NCBI RefSeq assembly: GCF_001194135.2
Contig: NC_068991.1
Location: 26,712,052 to 26,776,051 of the forward strand
Reading direction: 5' to 3'
Length of the DNA stretch: 64,000 nt
Source of the DNA: Octopus bimaculoides
Lineage: Eukaryota
Shown piece by piece: positions 1-14,351 of the stretch; position 1 is the first letter of the stretch, and every line of letters starts with the position of its first letter. A program made the position numbers and the translations under genes. The notes under the pieces were generated by a model. That model worked only from the letters and a program-made list of their open reading frames with translations, had not been told where the DNA came from and did not search any database.

Positions 1-759
1 TATAAATATCTCACTTATTTCCCTTAAGTGTGCTCCGCTGACGAGGAAAATCCATTGGGCAAATCCAGAAGTTGATCAATCCAGAACTATCTATATTGCT
101 ATGAATTTCCGTTGGCTTACTTCCTCGATTTCAACACGTGTGTAACTATGAGTTTTAACGTGGCTAGACGATTTAGCGTCTATTTTCCGCAGATAGGCTA
201 CGATTTCCCTATACCCTTAATTATATATATATATATATAGTAACCATGTTGGCTGAAGTATCGTTTTATTAAGTGTCATAATTATACTGAAACACCGACT
301 ACTCAAATTCACCAAATAACACAGAATTCTGTTTGCTATGAACACTAATCGTCTACGAATAGAATTTTTTCTCGATGGACAAATGCAGCAGTGAATAATA
401 TATTTCCTGGTCAAGTCTGCTTATGATAATTTGATATCGACTTAACAGATATAACCACATATCAGCAAATAATTTATCCGCAAAAACACAATTTACTTTA
501 GGTTAAGAGCTCTTTCACCGAATTCTAATAGTTTGTCTGTTATAAATAGATATATCTACATACATGTACGAACATATGTATGCACACAAGCACATCTACA
601 CGCATATGCTTATAATCTCTGGTGATATGTGACAAAAATCACATATGGAATGTTTTGCATTTTTTACATGTGTTCATACATAATGCTCCTTCCTTGGATA
701 TCCACTTGCATATACACAGCTGCCTTCTTACGACCTCATACAAATACACAGAGATACAT

Positions 760-761
<2 letters not shown>

Positions 762-842
<81 letters not shown>

Positions 843-1194
843 NNNNNNNNNNNNNNNNNNNNNNNNNNNNNNNNNNNNNNNNNNNNNNNNNNNNNNNNNN
901 NNNNNNNNNNNNNNNNNNNNNNNNNNNNNNNNNNNNNNNNNNNNNNNNNNNNNNNNNNNNNNNNNNNNNNNNNNNNNNNNNNNNNNNNNNNNNNNNNNNN
1001 NNNNNNNNNNNNNNNNNNNNNNNNNNNNNNNNNNNNNNNNNNNNNNNNNNNNNNNNNNNNNNNNNNNNNNNNNNNNNNNNNNNNNNNNNNNNNNNNNNNN
1101 NNNNNNNNNNNNNNNNNNNNNNNNNNNNNNNNNNNNNNNNNNNNNNNNNNNNNNNNNNNNNNNNNNNNNNNNNNNNNNNNNNNNNNNNNNNNNN

Positions 1195-1274
<80 letters not shown>
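762..1274. repeat. (CA)n microsatellite, assembly gap (843-1194), then (TA)n(GA)n
   Basis: Pure dinucleotide runs flanking an N gap; overlapping ORFs ([12 protein letters not shown]) are repeat translations. Confidence 0.97.
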
Positions 1275-1278
<4 letters not shown>

Positions 1279-2287
1279 CATATACACACGTATGTGTATA
1301 TATGTGTAACAAATATGTATATCTACACATGCACATTTATATATATCTATATATATACGTGTGTGTGTGTGTGTATGTTTGAGCTGTTCTGTTAGTATAA
1401 ACTTGCATATACTTTGTTTCTGCTGCACACCTGCATTTGTGGATTCTGATATTTAGAATGTCTTCCCTTTTCTTTCTATTAGCTATTTTTCAGTTATGAC
1501 GAACTTTCTTACAGAATCTCTTCTTCTCAACATACAAGATTCTCATATATTTTTTTTGTATATATTGGTGCCTTCTTTAGTTTCCTTTACTCTTTAATTC
1601 ATATTTCATTTTATTTTTTTATTTATTTTCACTCACGCATTCTTGTCTTTAGAATTTATAGAACATATACTTTTCCTTGCACTCCATTCAGTTTTGCTAT
1701 CATTATTCTTTCCATAGATTGTTATTCCTTGCTTTGTGTCGAACCATTTCTTCTAATGTGCTTTGTTATCATCTATCCTTCTTCTTTTTCCAAGTTTGCA
1801 TTGTTCAGCAAACAATAGTTAATTTACTTCAGATTATTCTGCAGATTTATTGCGATCCAAAATTAGAAACGAAAATCCGAGCAACAGGTAGACATGCAAT
1901 GCAATATCATACATTTATAATACAAATTTTACTTCCTATGTAGAGTATTTTGATACAGAAAAATATCAGTTTTATTCCAGAATTCTCAAACATCAACTCC
2001 ATAGAATATGAATCTTTCAGTACATATGATAGGAAGCATAAATATAAATAAACGTAATCTGAAAGCTTATAGCAGTCATTTGCACCATCCACATCAGATT
2101 GCACATGTATAATTAAATTCAGATAAATAATATAGAGATGCATCTATATTATCTTAATATGGACATGCATATAAACATTCAGAGATATAATTATTGCATA
2201 TGAAATATGCAAATTAACAGATAAAATGGTCAGATCGAAATGCACGGTAGTAGAAATTAATATCTCAACAAAAAACATGATAAAGTA

Positions 2288-3195
2288 GGAGGGAGTACCC
2301 AAATTTAACAGGAAACATTCTCTGTGGGACAAGCCCATTGTAGTTCAGGCTTGTCTCGCTAGAACCAACTTGATGTGACCCTCAGGCAAAAATCTGCCGA
2401 CCGCCGTCATCCGCTAAAGTCGTACTGACACGTGGTGCCTCTTTGTTTTGAAGAGCTTCTCAGCTCTTCGTCGATTTCTGCGGTGACTGAAACGAAGGAA
2501 CAGCGCGCTTCCGTTCAATTTTCTTTTCTGCTGATAAAAATGTCGGCCGAAACAGTTATCATGCTTCAAACAGCTTACAAGGATGCAGCCATGAGCAAAA
2601 CACAGATTTACGAGTGGTTTGCATTCTTTGGGAATGGTCACGTTGTTTGAAGACCAACCTACTTCAGTACGGCCATCGACCACTGGAATGAATGAAAGCA
2701 TCATTAAAATTCATGAATTGATGTTGGAGGACCGTCACCGAACGATTGACAAATTTGTTGACATGATTGGTGTGTCTTGGAACTCCTTCCAACGAATTCT
2801 GAGCGAGTAATTGCGAACAAAATGAGTTGCAGGAAAATTTGTTCGTCACTTGCTCATGCAAGACCAAAAGCAATCACAACTGAATGCGTATCGCGAACTG
2901 AAAAACGAACTGGAAGTTGTTCCGGACCCTTTTTCGAAGAGCATCCCTGGTGACGAAAGTTGGTGCTACGAAATTTGCAGATGTGGAAGAAGTGACAAAA
3001 AACAAAAAAAACACGGTGGCTTTAAAAGGCATCACTTCGAAGAGCTCTAGCACTGTTTCCAATAGTGGAAAACGCACCTGGACCGATGCATTGCTTCGAA
3101 TGGAGAATATTTTAGAGGCGTTAAAAGTGTAAACATGAACAACTAAGTGAATAACATAATATTGCTTACTTCCGGTTTATTTTGGGCAACCTTTC

Positions 3196-3196
<1 letters not shown>
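2288..3196 (+). mobile_element. Mariner element, internally deleted, decayed (family A, copy 1)
   Basis: Broken frames give EQRASVQF..KMSAETVIMLQTAYKDAAMSKTQIYEWF (HTH), RPSTT, PGDESWCY, then jump to the C-terminal helix (..RCIASNGEYF-like). Degenerate TIRs TA|GGAGGGAGTACCCAAATTTAACAGGAA vs revcomp of the right end TA|CGAAAGGTTGCCCAAAATAAACCGGAA, TA at both ends. Confidence 0.9.
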
Positions 3197-3243
<47 letters not shown>

Positions 3244-4160
3244 NNNNNNNNNNNNNNNNNNNNNNNNNNNNNNNNNNNNNNNNNNNNNNNNNNNNNNNNN
3301 NNNNNNNNNNNNNNNNNNNNNNNNNNNNNNNNNNNNNNNNNNNNNNNNNNNNNNNNNNNNNNNNNNNNNNNNNNNNNNNNNNNNNNNNNNNNNNNNNNNN
3401 NNNNNNNNNNNNNNNNNNNNNNNNNNNNNNNNNNNNNNNNNNNNNNNNNNNNNNNNNNNNNNNNNNNNNNNNNNNNNNNNNNNNNNNNNNNNNNNNNNNN
3501 NNNNNNNNNNNNNNNNNNNNNNNNNNNATATATATATATATATACATATAATATAAATATATATTTATATATATACACACATACATACAAACGAACATAT
3601 ATGTGTTCAGACATATATATATTCACACATACTCTCTCTCTCCCACACACTCCCATATATATCCATATGTATACAAATATATACATGATATCCGAAAGAT
3701 ACTACCTTCTTAAAAAACGTGAAATTTTTGATAAAACCATCTAGAATGTTATCCGCAGGAGAATTTATCCTGCAACTCACACCAAATTTATATCACAACC
3801 CAAATATAACACATTTCTAAAAATAAAGAATGTTGGAAACATATCCAAATAAAATCAGCAAAGCTCTTTAAACAAAACAGTCAAAGCCCTTCATGGAATG
3901 CACACAGAATAGCGAATAAGTTCTGGCAAATTTGGACGGCAATATCTCGTTGCTCTTGTTTTTCCTCATTGGAGGACATTAACTCCCCTTATTAGACGTG
4001 TGTTCTCTTATTCATTGATGGTATGGGTCTTGAGTTATCACGGAGTTTCAATCTGATTGTGTACCTCTTTAGTCAAACATAACACTTGATGTAATTTGGT
4101 TTTATGTGAAACATATTTTATGTTACGCCCGAATTTGCCCGAATGCATTAAGAATAAATA

Positions 4161-5424
4161 TTAAACCATCCCTTAAATAATTCAGTTTTTTCAAATGCAT
4201 GAACTAAAGGTTGAAGTGGGGTGGATAAACTACCTACATCAATTTGCTATAAAAGCAAGTAGTAATTTTACCTTGTCCTTATTCTCAGTGCAAATTTTTA
4301 AGAGTGCACTTCGATTTTAACAGTTATCTTTTCAAAGCTATATTGTAAGTGACAAAGGAGCATTCGGCATATTATAGTTATGATTTCAATAAAGCAAAAA
4401 CACAACGGAAAGTGCGAGGAATTTTAATGCAGTATATGGGGATCAGACAATAAGCATAAGCCAGTGTCAACGGTGGTTCCATAAATTCCGAACCGGAAAC
4501 TACAGCCTAAAAGACGAGCCCCATCCTGGAAGATCTGTAGAGCTTGACTATGACATTCTGCAAACCGTGGTGGAACAAAATCCTATCTTAACAGTTGAGG
4601 AACTAGCAGGATTTGATCATTCAACAATTTAGCGACACTTGTCCCATCGGAAATATCTGGAAATTGGGTCAATCTGTTCCTCACAATCTTTCCAAGTCTC
4701 ATCGCACGCAGATTGAATGTGTGTTCTTCTTTGCTGTCACGTCTCACGGATGAACCTTTTTAGGACCGAATAGTGACTGGTGACGAGAAATGGGTTGTCT
4801 ATAAAAATGTCAAGCACCGATGACAGTGGGAAGGGAAAGGAAAATCACCGACACCCCAGACTAAAGAAGGTCTTCACAAACGTAAGATGTTGTTATTTGC
4901 TTGGTTGGATATGAAAGGTTTAGTTCACTTTGAACCTTTAAACCCAAACCAAATGATAACAAAGGAAATCTACTGCGAGTAGCTTGAGCGGCTTAAGTCA
5001 GCGCTGGAAGAAAAACGACCATCTTTGGCTTCAAGACGAAAGGTGTTCTTCCACCTGGATAATACTCGGCCACATTCAGCGAGGATAACAAACTAAAGGC
5101 TGGAGTAGTTTGAATGGGAAAGGATGCCATGCCCAGTATATTCGCTTGACATTGCCCCATTTGATTATCATTTATTCTGCAGTTTTCAAAATCAGACGGA
5201 AAAAATATGAATTCTGTAGACGAGGTCAGAACAGTACTGGAGGAGGATTTTTCGTCACGGACAAGAGAATTTTGGAAGAGAGGCCTTGTAAGTCTACCAG
5301 ATAGACGGAAGAGCACTGTAGAAAATAGATGAGAGTATATATTAGAATTAAAAAAAACTTTGTTTATCTTAATTTTGAAAAATAAAAGAAGTATAAAAAA
5401 CGCATTATGTGTGAAATGACCCGA
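4161..5424 (+). mobile_element. Near full-length mariner (DD34D) element with pseudogenised transposase (family B, copy 1)
   Basis: Motifs VTKEH-IRH, DRIVTGDEKWVVYKN, HLDNTRPH, YSLDIAPFDYHLF, with stops and frameshifts. Degenerate TIRs (tattaaaccatcccttaaataa.. / ..tgaaatgacccga|ta); about 1.26 kb. Confidence 0.92.
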
Positions 5425-6894
5425 TATATTATGTTATTGCTTTCATTCTCGATGTATTGCCTGCACCTTATGAATTATTATTTGCTTGGCAAACATTAGC
5501 ATGTACCAACAAATAACTTGTTTTTTCCCATGCTTTTGTCAGATTCGTCGGTCTGAAATGTATTTCTTAATAATTTCGAAACGGCTTAAAGCAGCGAATC
5601 CTCTGTGGTATGAAACAACAGCGATCATTTATTTGTCTTCGTACGTGCTATAGTGTATTAAGAATGAACGCATACGTTATTGTTGAGATCATACACATGT
5701 ATGATGTAATCTAGCGTACGAAAACGAGTAAAGCGAACTAAAAGAAAAAATAGAAACAATTAAAAAAGGATGGAAAATGCGTTCCTTAGAAACTGCATAA
5801 ATTACGAAATAAGGTTCAAGAGATTAAGAAAAGGAGATGCAATTATGAAATTAAAATTTAGGAAGTAGAACAAATGGATTAGGTAGCATCTTTACTGTGG
5901 AAATAGCTGATTATAACTGAAATATGTTAGATTGCTGTGAACGGTATCGGTTAATAGTAAAGGAGCGATTCTCAGATATTAATTAAATAACTAAAACATT
6001 GCTGAACCGTGCAGGTAATACTATGGAAATTTTCTTCCAATTACAAATTATAGATTTGTATTTGGAAGAAAATTTGCTCTGTATTATTAAAACTTGTTTC
6101 TTGAGAAATATTTGTGAATATAATAAATTCAAACATAGATGAAAAGTATTTACAAAGTAAACAGGAAAAAGTGATAATACTGAAACAATTTATATAAATA
6201 GGTACGTCAGTCGATAATGAGATAAGTGAACAGAGTTTATGATAAATTTTTTATCTAGGTTAAGGTTCGCAGAAAGGTTAGAGAAAATGAAGATATGAGA
6301 GACATAGTAATTAATAATTAAATTAAATACTACAGGTAATAGTATGATGTATGCAATATATTATTTATAACGCCGGGAAAAGTAATATCACTGTAAAATT
6401 AAACAAAAATATATATTGTATTAATATAAAATATTACATTCCAAATTAAATATTTATGAATTGTAACTCACGTCGGTAAAAATATGTGGGAGGATAAATC
6501 ATGTTGTAGAAGAGTTGAAGTTAGAATGAAGACTAGAAGAAACTCGCATTTCGTATGGAAAATTTTAAGTATTTAATTTTTTTTTATAAACGTACAATTT
6601 AAGCTATCAATAATGTCCTTACAGAAGCAGCAGATCCCCTTACAGGAAATATTGTTTTGTCGATACATTAAAAAAAATTCATAAGAGTAATATAGAAGCA
6701 GAAAACATACATATTTCATCGGATTTAAATTACTTCCACCTGTCTAAGGTTATTTCATGAATCAGCATATTTTCCCAGTCAAATAATTTCTACTCCAACG
6801 TATACTGTCTCATCTTCCACATACTGTACAAAATATTTCGCTCTCCCCCATCTCTCTGTACGTAAAATTATTCAGACTTATCGCAACTGCTCAT

Positions 6895-7268
6895 GTTGTT
6901 GTTGGCACTCCGTCGCTTACGACGTCGAGGGTTCCAGTTGATCCGATCAACGGAACAGCCTGCTCGTGAAATTAACGTGCAAATGGCTGAGCACTTTACA
7001 GACACGTGTACCCTTAACGTAGTTCTTGGGGATATTCAGCGTGACACAGTGTGACAAGGCTGACCCTTTGAATTACAGGCACAACAGAAGCAGGAAGTAA
7101 GTTGTGGTGAAAGAGTACAGCAGGGTTCACCACCATCCCCTGCCGGAGCCTCGTGGGGCTTCAGGTGTTTTCGCTCCATAAACACTCACAACACCCGGTC
7201 TGGGAATCGAAACCGTGATCCTATGACCGCGAGTCCACTGCCCTAACCACTGGGCCATTGCGCCTCTA
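6895..7268 (-). mobile_element. tRNA-derived SINE family A (CAA tail), copy 1
   Basis: Minus strand has a tRNA-like head with A box TGGCCCAGTGG and B box GGTTTCGATTCC and ends in (CAA)n. 13-bp TSD cgcaactgctcat (6882-6894) / cgcaaccgctcat (7269-7281). Homologous to 23285-23674 and 47536-47909. Confidence 0.93.
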
Positions 7269-8224
7269 CGCAACCGCTCATATTCATTGCAATTCAAAAT
7301 GGAAGATATCGTATGTTTTTGTTCGCTGAAACTTTTCTCTGTAGTAGAAACTCATTTTTCATATACTTTACTGCTGCAAATAACCTACGTTTTATTCTTT
7401 CGATATTTTATTTGCAAAATAACTACAAGAATACATTTTCCTTTTTGTATTCCCTTTTGCTTTTGTTAGTGACTTCTGCATTTCGTGGCGTGGAAAATTT
7501 GCATAATTCCATTATACTGAAAGCATAATTCCATAATACTGAAGTTCTTCCACACTGCGAGGCAGTTTAAAGAGTTGAAGGCAGACTAAAGCATATTTCT
7601 TGACCCTTTTGGTTAGAGAATTAACATAGAGTTAGCAGACTTACTTTGTAAAGCCCTATAATTGTTGCTGAAGCATCGATGTAATAACTAATGCAGATTT
7701 CACAATTTTTGAGAACAGGTGTACTATTAAACGCAAGATTGGAGCATGCACCTCAGACTGAAAGGAATTCCAGGTGACGTAATCTCGAGTACGAAATAAA
7801 AGGTTTTTTTTACGGAACTGGAGGAAATTGGGAAGGAAAAGCTATGGCGAGGGTGAATGGAAAATGTTTAGTGGTGGCCTACACGCTAGCGCTAAAGTGA
7901 CCCAAGTGTCTGAGTTGATAACTGATGGAATTTTAATACGTTTAATGATTTTAAGAAGTAGCATTTATCTTTCCTATAAACAAAGACGATCTTTTTCAAA
8001 GATTCACCTTTCTCATAGATATTGATGTATTCCTATAAATGCAGTACATAGAAGAAAACTGAAGAACTATAAAAGCAAATAACGTAGGCTCTTAGAACGT
8101 GTATAAATTCTGATTAAAAATTTAATACTAAATTAATACAACCATTCAAAATATCTATAAAAGGGCGCTGCCATTGTACACTTATTTTACACAGAAAAGA
8201 ACACCATAGAATATTTCCAGAGCA

Positions 8225-8367
8225 ACACCTCTCACTCTCTCCCTCTTTATCTCTCTCTTTCTCCGTCTTTCTCTCTCTCTTTCTCCGTCTTTCTCTCTCT
8301 CTTTCTCCGTCTTTCTCTCTCTCTTTCTCCCTCTTTCTCTCTCTCTCTCTCTCTCTCTCTTTCTCCC

Positions 8368-8421
<54 letters not shown>
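8225..8421. repeat. (CT)n/CTTT compound microsatellite with repeated ctttctccgt units
   Basis: Direct inspection. Confidence 0.95.
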
Positions 8422-8424
<3 letters not shown>

Positions 8425-9849
8425 CAAAAATTACGTCATGCATATTAAGTTTGTCTGATAATGACCGAATAGTTGTGACGAACAGCAGTGTTAATGATTA
8501 TAAAAAGATAAAAGTGAGTCAACGAGCCGTATAAGCGCTTTTTGCATATATTTACAGATGTAGCTAGACCATTGAAAGAAAATCCTTTCTTCCAGACAAA
8601 ACAATATCGATAATATAATCGAGTGTACTAAATTGACTGGTTAAATAAAGTATTTAAAGCAAAAATTAGAAATAAATATATTATATAAAGAGTAATACAC
8701 GAAAATAGAAATCTCGAGTTGTAAAGAATATAAGAAATATAAATGCACGTGGAAGTATGTGCGCGCGTGAGGCTGTTTGTACTACAAACACTGGTTGTGA
8801 CTGAACTACAAAGAATCTAAACTCATTCGATGTCTGCAGGATTGCAAAAAAACTTGTGACACAGTTTTTCACGAGATGTAACCTGATTTGACTAGGGATT
8901 TGTTAGGGAGATATATAAAAAGACTAATTTGCATATTTTTGCGTTTGACTGTTCATCAATAATTAAACAGTATATAAAACTTACACAACACAGCGCCAAT
9001 CACAAATACTAAAATAAATTTTAAAAAAAACAATGAACGAATAAACATGAAATGGAAAATTCGTATAAATAAAAGCTCGTTGAAAACTTTCTTGATCCGA
9101 ATATTTAACTTGTGAACGTAGTAAATATTTCTTTCAGTTATGTATCGCAGTTGTTTGCAAATAGCGAATTAAAGCTAGAAATGAAAACAATAAAATAGAC
9201 AGTGAGAGACTTTGCTGAAAATGGAAAATTTCGCCGGTGCTACGCCAATACCGAAAGTTTACATCGAGAAACCTTTTTCAAAGAAAAATGGCTCCTTACA
9301 CGAAATTGTAATAAAAGCTTTTATTAAAGACCCATTTATGCCTGAGCTGCTGTATTGTATCTGGATGGAAGTTATTCTAAGTTATAATTAGTTAATTAGT
9401 GAATATGAGTATGTTCCCTTAATTGTGGATACAAATAATATTTTTACTTGATCTTGGCGTGAAACGACATCCAAATGTCCTACGAATGGCGAAGCGTACA
9501 AGATATTGTTATCTTACGTGAACAATGACAGATAAAAAGGCCATGTTCTCAAAGTTACAGTGAGTTTGATAATATGCTACACCAGTCATAGATGTCTTGA
9601 ATTTAAGCAACGACAACAACGAGTCACCTATCCTTCATTGTATATTCACTATCGTAATGAGACGAGAGCAAACAAAATTCTGTGTAAATGCTTCAGCTAA
9701 ACAGATAAGATATCGCAGTCGCATCTCTATCAAATTAAATCGGAGCTTGCTGAGGCACCTTAGAAATCAAACTAACAGACTTGATCATTTAGTTATAGAT
9801 AAATTGTGCCAGAGAAACAAATGAATGCTCATAGATGGAACATTTTTTA

Positions 9850-11100
9850 TCGTAGTTTAGCTTGACTAGGAGGTTATCTGTTTGGAAAAGCACCAAGTAA
9901 TATAATCTGTTTCACTGTGCAATATGTTTACAAAAACATGACAAGCACTTTCCACCATGTTGATTGAAGAAAATTTCTTTTGATATATCTTTAGGATAAA
10001 TGAAGATCACTGCATTCAAATTTACTCTCTTTCATTCATGCTACTTCTGAAGTTCTGCAACATCATTAATAATTCTTTATTACTATTACTTCTGTCTTCA
10101 CATTTTCAAAAGCTTTTGATGTGACCAAACAGGATAATCGCCATAGATGAAGGTAAAGCTACCACAGCTCATTCTGAAGACTAAATGTTTTGTAGTATTA
10201 CAACTGATAAAGCAATACAAAAGTTTCCGCTTTGTTTAATGCATTCTATGTTTTATAAACTGAAATACCTTAGTCTAAACATTATATAAAGCGACAAACT
10301 GGAAGTATTGTTAAAGAGTGGGATAGATATTTTTTCCGTTTCTCAGCTCCCACTGATTTCAAATCTCTTGATTAAATTTAACCTTTATCCTTTCAGACTC
10401 GCGAAAATTAATAATCTAAGGCGTTAGGTTTGGCAGAACTGTTAAATTACTATGTTGTAGATTTGATTTTTTCTAGGTTTGTAGTTTTATAAATCCACGG
10501 CTGTGATGAAACGAATACCAAACTGTTATTGTCCTTATCTTTTCTCTTGCACAACAGCAGTAGCGTATAAATGTGCTGTATGGGCAATTGTTCTTCTTTC
10601 ACAAAATTAATCTTTACTAGGTTTGCGCATATAGTTTCCCATACATAGACAACTATATACCCTCACCGATACAGGCAACTGGATGTATTTTGTCACTCAA
10701 TATATTTCCAGTATTAATGGTTAACATTAAGGTTTTGAAACCCAAAATGGTTGTATGGTATTCCATGCTCTAACTGTAACACAGCTACTATGATTTCAAA
10801 GCACAAAAGACATTCGATAAATTAATATTTCTTCGCAAAGTTATGACAGTGGAGATACACTGAAAGGGAAGCTAAAAGAAATTCATAACCAACAATCAGC
10901 ATAACGTCGTGATAATTAACATCGTTCTTACACATAATTTTATTCCAATCTCCACTGATTCTCTTAAGCATAATGACCGATATTTTGTTAAAATCGTTGT
11001 TAAAACATTGCGAAAATACTAAATCAATTTGGACGCAAATATAAAGACAACGCGAAGGCAATCGACCATCTTCTATATTTGGACAAACTCAGAATGTACC
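9850..11100 (+). mobile_element. Possible very old LINE (CR1/L2-like) RT fossil
   Basis: Faint motif echoes only: VSLCNMFTK (~9910), FSKAFD (~10100), ITNNQHNVVI..INLDANIK..STIFY (~10890-11080). No clean YADD motif. Confidence 0.25.
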
Positions 11101-12001
11101 TTATAAATGTTAAGAAAAATAAAACTATTTGTAGACATTGCAAAGATTTACTAGAAAATTTGGGTGCCTGTCATATTTTTACTACTCAATTTTACTAAAC
11201 AATTTGGGCATTAGTCATCAAGAAGCAGTTAACCGTTATAGTGACGATACTGTAAAAGAACGAGTAAGTGAAGTGAATGAAAGAGCTCAGACAGAAAGAA
11301 TAAAATAACAATAATAACTGAATGTAGAATACACTGCGCAGAAAGTGACATAAGACAATTATGTAGGAAGGAAACTTTCCTTTGAATATAGGAGCGCATT
11401 ATAGCGTGCCCGGTATAGGAGTATCAAAATAATTAGTAGGGACAATCGGAAGCTAATACAAATATCCAGAAAACAAAGACGATACAAATACATGCTTCCT
11501 CTTTTTGAGGAAGCCAACGAATACAAGATACTTGACAGGAGGAAAAAGAAAACATAGAAAACGTGAACAAGTTACAAGCTTAGATATAATTCAGATTGCA
11601 GACGTTCATGAATATACCGCAGAATAGATTTGGAGCTTTCATACACTGAACTTAATGCCATATTACAGAACGCCAAGAAACAATAGATGGTACTGTCATA
11701 TTCCAGAGAAAACTCCATATAGAATGAGAAGCAGAGCAGCTTATGCAGTCTCATAAATATTCGGTTGACTATTGCTGATATCGGCCACCGATAATCAAAC
11801 TAACAGCTCCAGTAAACGATAAAATAAGTGAACAATGTGTCCAAATGTACACAAAGATGTCGAAAATATTTAAAAAAATAAATAATAAATAAAACAATCC
11901 ATATATTAGTAAGCGATTAGGGAATGATACGAAAACATGGCGGCAAATTATCATATAGATTTGACTGCTGTTTGATCATATTTCCACTGAAATTATATAT
12001 C

Positions 12002-12216
12002 TTTTGTATTCTAGGCTCAAGGCCTAAAATTTTGGGGGAGGGAGCAAGTCGATTAGATCGATCCCATTGCGCAACTGGTACTTAATTCATCGACCCGGAA
12101 AGGATGAAAGTCAAAGTCGACCTCGGCGGAATTTAAGCTCAGAACACAAAGACAGACGATATACCGCTAAGCATTTCACCCGGCGTGCTAACGTTTCTGC
12201 CAGTTCGCGGCCTTAG
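12002..12216 (-). mobile_element. tRNA-derived SINE family B (GGCGGCGAGCTGGCAG head), tail type 1
   Basis: Head, B-box-like GAGCTTAAATTCC, core CTTTCATCCTTTCCGGGTCGATGAATTAAGTACCAG; perfect 14-bp TSD tgaaattatatatc (11988-12001 / 12217-12230). Confidence 0.92.
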
Positions 12217-12948
12217 TGAAATTATATATCGTATTATTAGAGAAGTAACCTTTAAATATTTAAAAATAACATCCAGGTAATTTTTTTTTTTTTTGATCAT
12301 TGGAATTTCAGTTCGTGTTTTAAAATTATTTTCAACAAAAGTGATGTGAAGTAAAAAAAACAAAATCAGTTTATAAGGACGTCTGCTACTACAGCTATAC
12401 ATTGATCGCATTATAATCTGAATTTCTTACACGTGTAGATTTCTTATACAAGAATTAATAATCAACTGGGAATCTGAAGGATACTGTGCTCATAAACTAA
12501 CTTGAATGAAAGAAAAAATAATGAAATACTTCGTTTTCAGACGAAAACTTTCTTTGCATATTTTAGTAATTATTGACTCTCTACAAGATAGAAATACTTT
12601 TGAGCACAACGATTTCCTATATCCGGAAATGCAATGACTGAAATATAACATAACAAATCAAATGTTTCGAGCTTTAGGTTTAACCTTTTCTGGCCTCTGT
12701 CAAGACAAGATTCCCTGTTACTTTGTGGAATATCTTCTTTAACTCTTTATCCCAGTATCAACACCCATATTCATTTGTCTTCTGTGACACTGTTACATTG
12801 CTAGCATTTCCTCTGTGAAACAGTTTTTGAAAATGATTTGCAACGTCATGACATGGAAGTCATATTTAACGAATTCTAATTCTCGTATGAACTGTTAGAA
12901 ATGTTATTATTATTCAAGTTGCATGCAACATGCACACAGTCGCTTACA

Positions 12949-12979
<31 letters not shown>

Positions 12980-14351
12980 GCACACACGCACGCACGCACG
13001 CACGCATATATGCATATATATATATATACACATATACATCGCGTGTGCGTGTGTGTAAGACAAATTTATTGACATGGGCAAATTCTACAATGTCAGGTGA
13101 ATAATTTGTTCTACGTATTACGAATTGGACACCAAAATCGCTGCCGCGGAAAGTAGACAGCCAGATTTAGTACATCGGCTGCTATATCGCACACGTTCTT
13201 TTCTCAGGCACGGACAGACTTCATCGTAAAATATCGAAGACGACATTGTGGAAATGGATGCCACTGGTAATTCAGCAGTGAACAGTGCGACGATAAATTT
13301 GTCCTTTAATGACGCATATTTAGTCACATTCCACTTTAGCACCTAGGAGGGAGCAGATCTCTAAATTATGACGGTAGGTACAAAACTGTTTCTAGAGAAT
13401 TTAATGCAGCATTTGGTTTCTCAGATGATTGGCTAACCTACATAAAACTGAAAAAACAGATATTCTGCCCGTACACCTGCAGTTTCTGTTTTCAATTGCT
13501 GACCAGAATATCTATATCGTTTAATAGCAACAGTCACTGCGCCGTTTCGAAGGTAATATTCGACTTTATGACAAAATAAGGAGTATATGTCAATCTCGTG
13601 GATAGTAGCGCCCTTTATGTGGATCGCTCACCTAGAAACCGATATGCAGAAACCGATCGCTTACCCTGAAACCGATAATGCAGAGGTATTCATACTTGAG
13701 GAGAGTACCGGGTGACTAAGAGGAAAGCAGACACTGTTGGATTAATGCGTGGAGGCAGACAAGACGGCCTTGGCTGAACGATGATTTGATTTTTTTCAGG
13801 TTGTCTACAAATGCACCTGTCTAAAACCGGTTATCATAGTTTAACTTATAATGTTACAGGATCTGCTACTATCTTACTCTGTACTAGAAGTGTTACAGTA
13901 CTGTAAACACGTTGTTCAGCTCTTACACTATCAAGCGAAATTTAAAATAAACTTTATCTCAGCCTGCTTAAAGCAACAAATATCCCCTAGTCAAAACAAT
14001 TACTGTGTATTTTCATCCTCCTTAGAACCACAAACAAAAGCTATTGCCTCGTGTCGATATCATTAATATCAATACCACAAAATTAGAAAGCACCGACCAT
14101 ACTGATTTCATTTACTATTAAGCTTATTTGCCGTAATCTAACAGTAAGGTAATTTCCCAGTAATCTGTTGCGAAATAGGTGTTTATTGTACCGAAGCTAC
14201 TGCTATGATAATGGAGGTTAATGTTAATGAGATTTTTATTGACAAGCATTTGCTCATGATCTTAAGAGATCAGAGCATACAATGTATATTAACCACGTGG
14301 TTTTCGAAAGTGATCGATATAATAGATATACTGAATATTCGAAAAAATATA

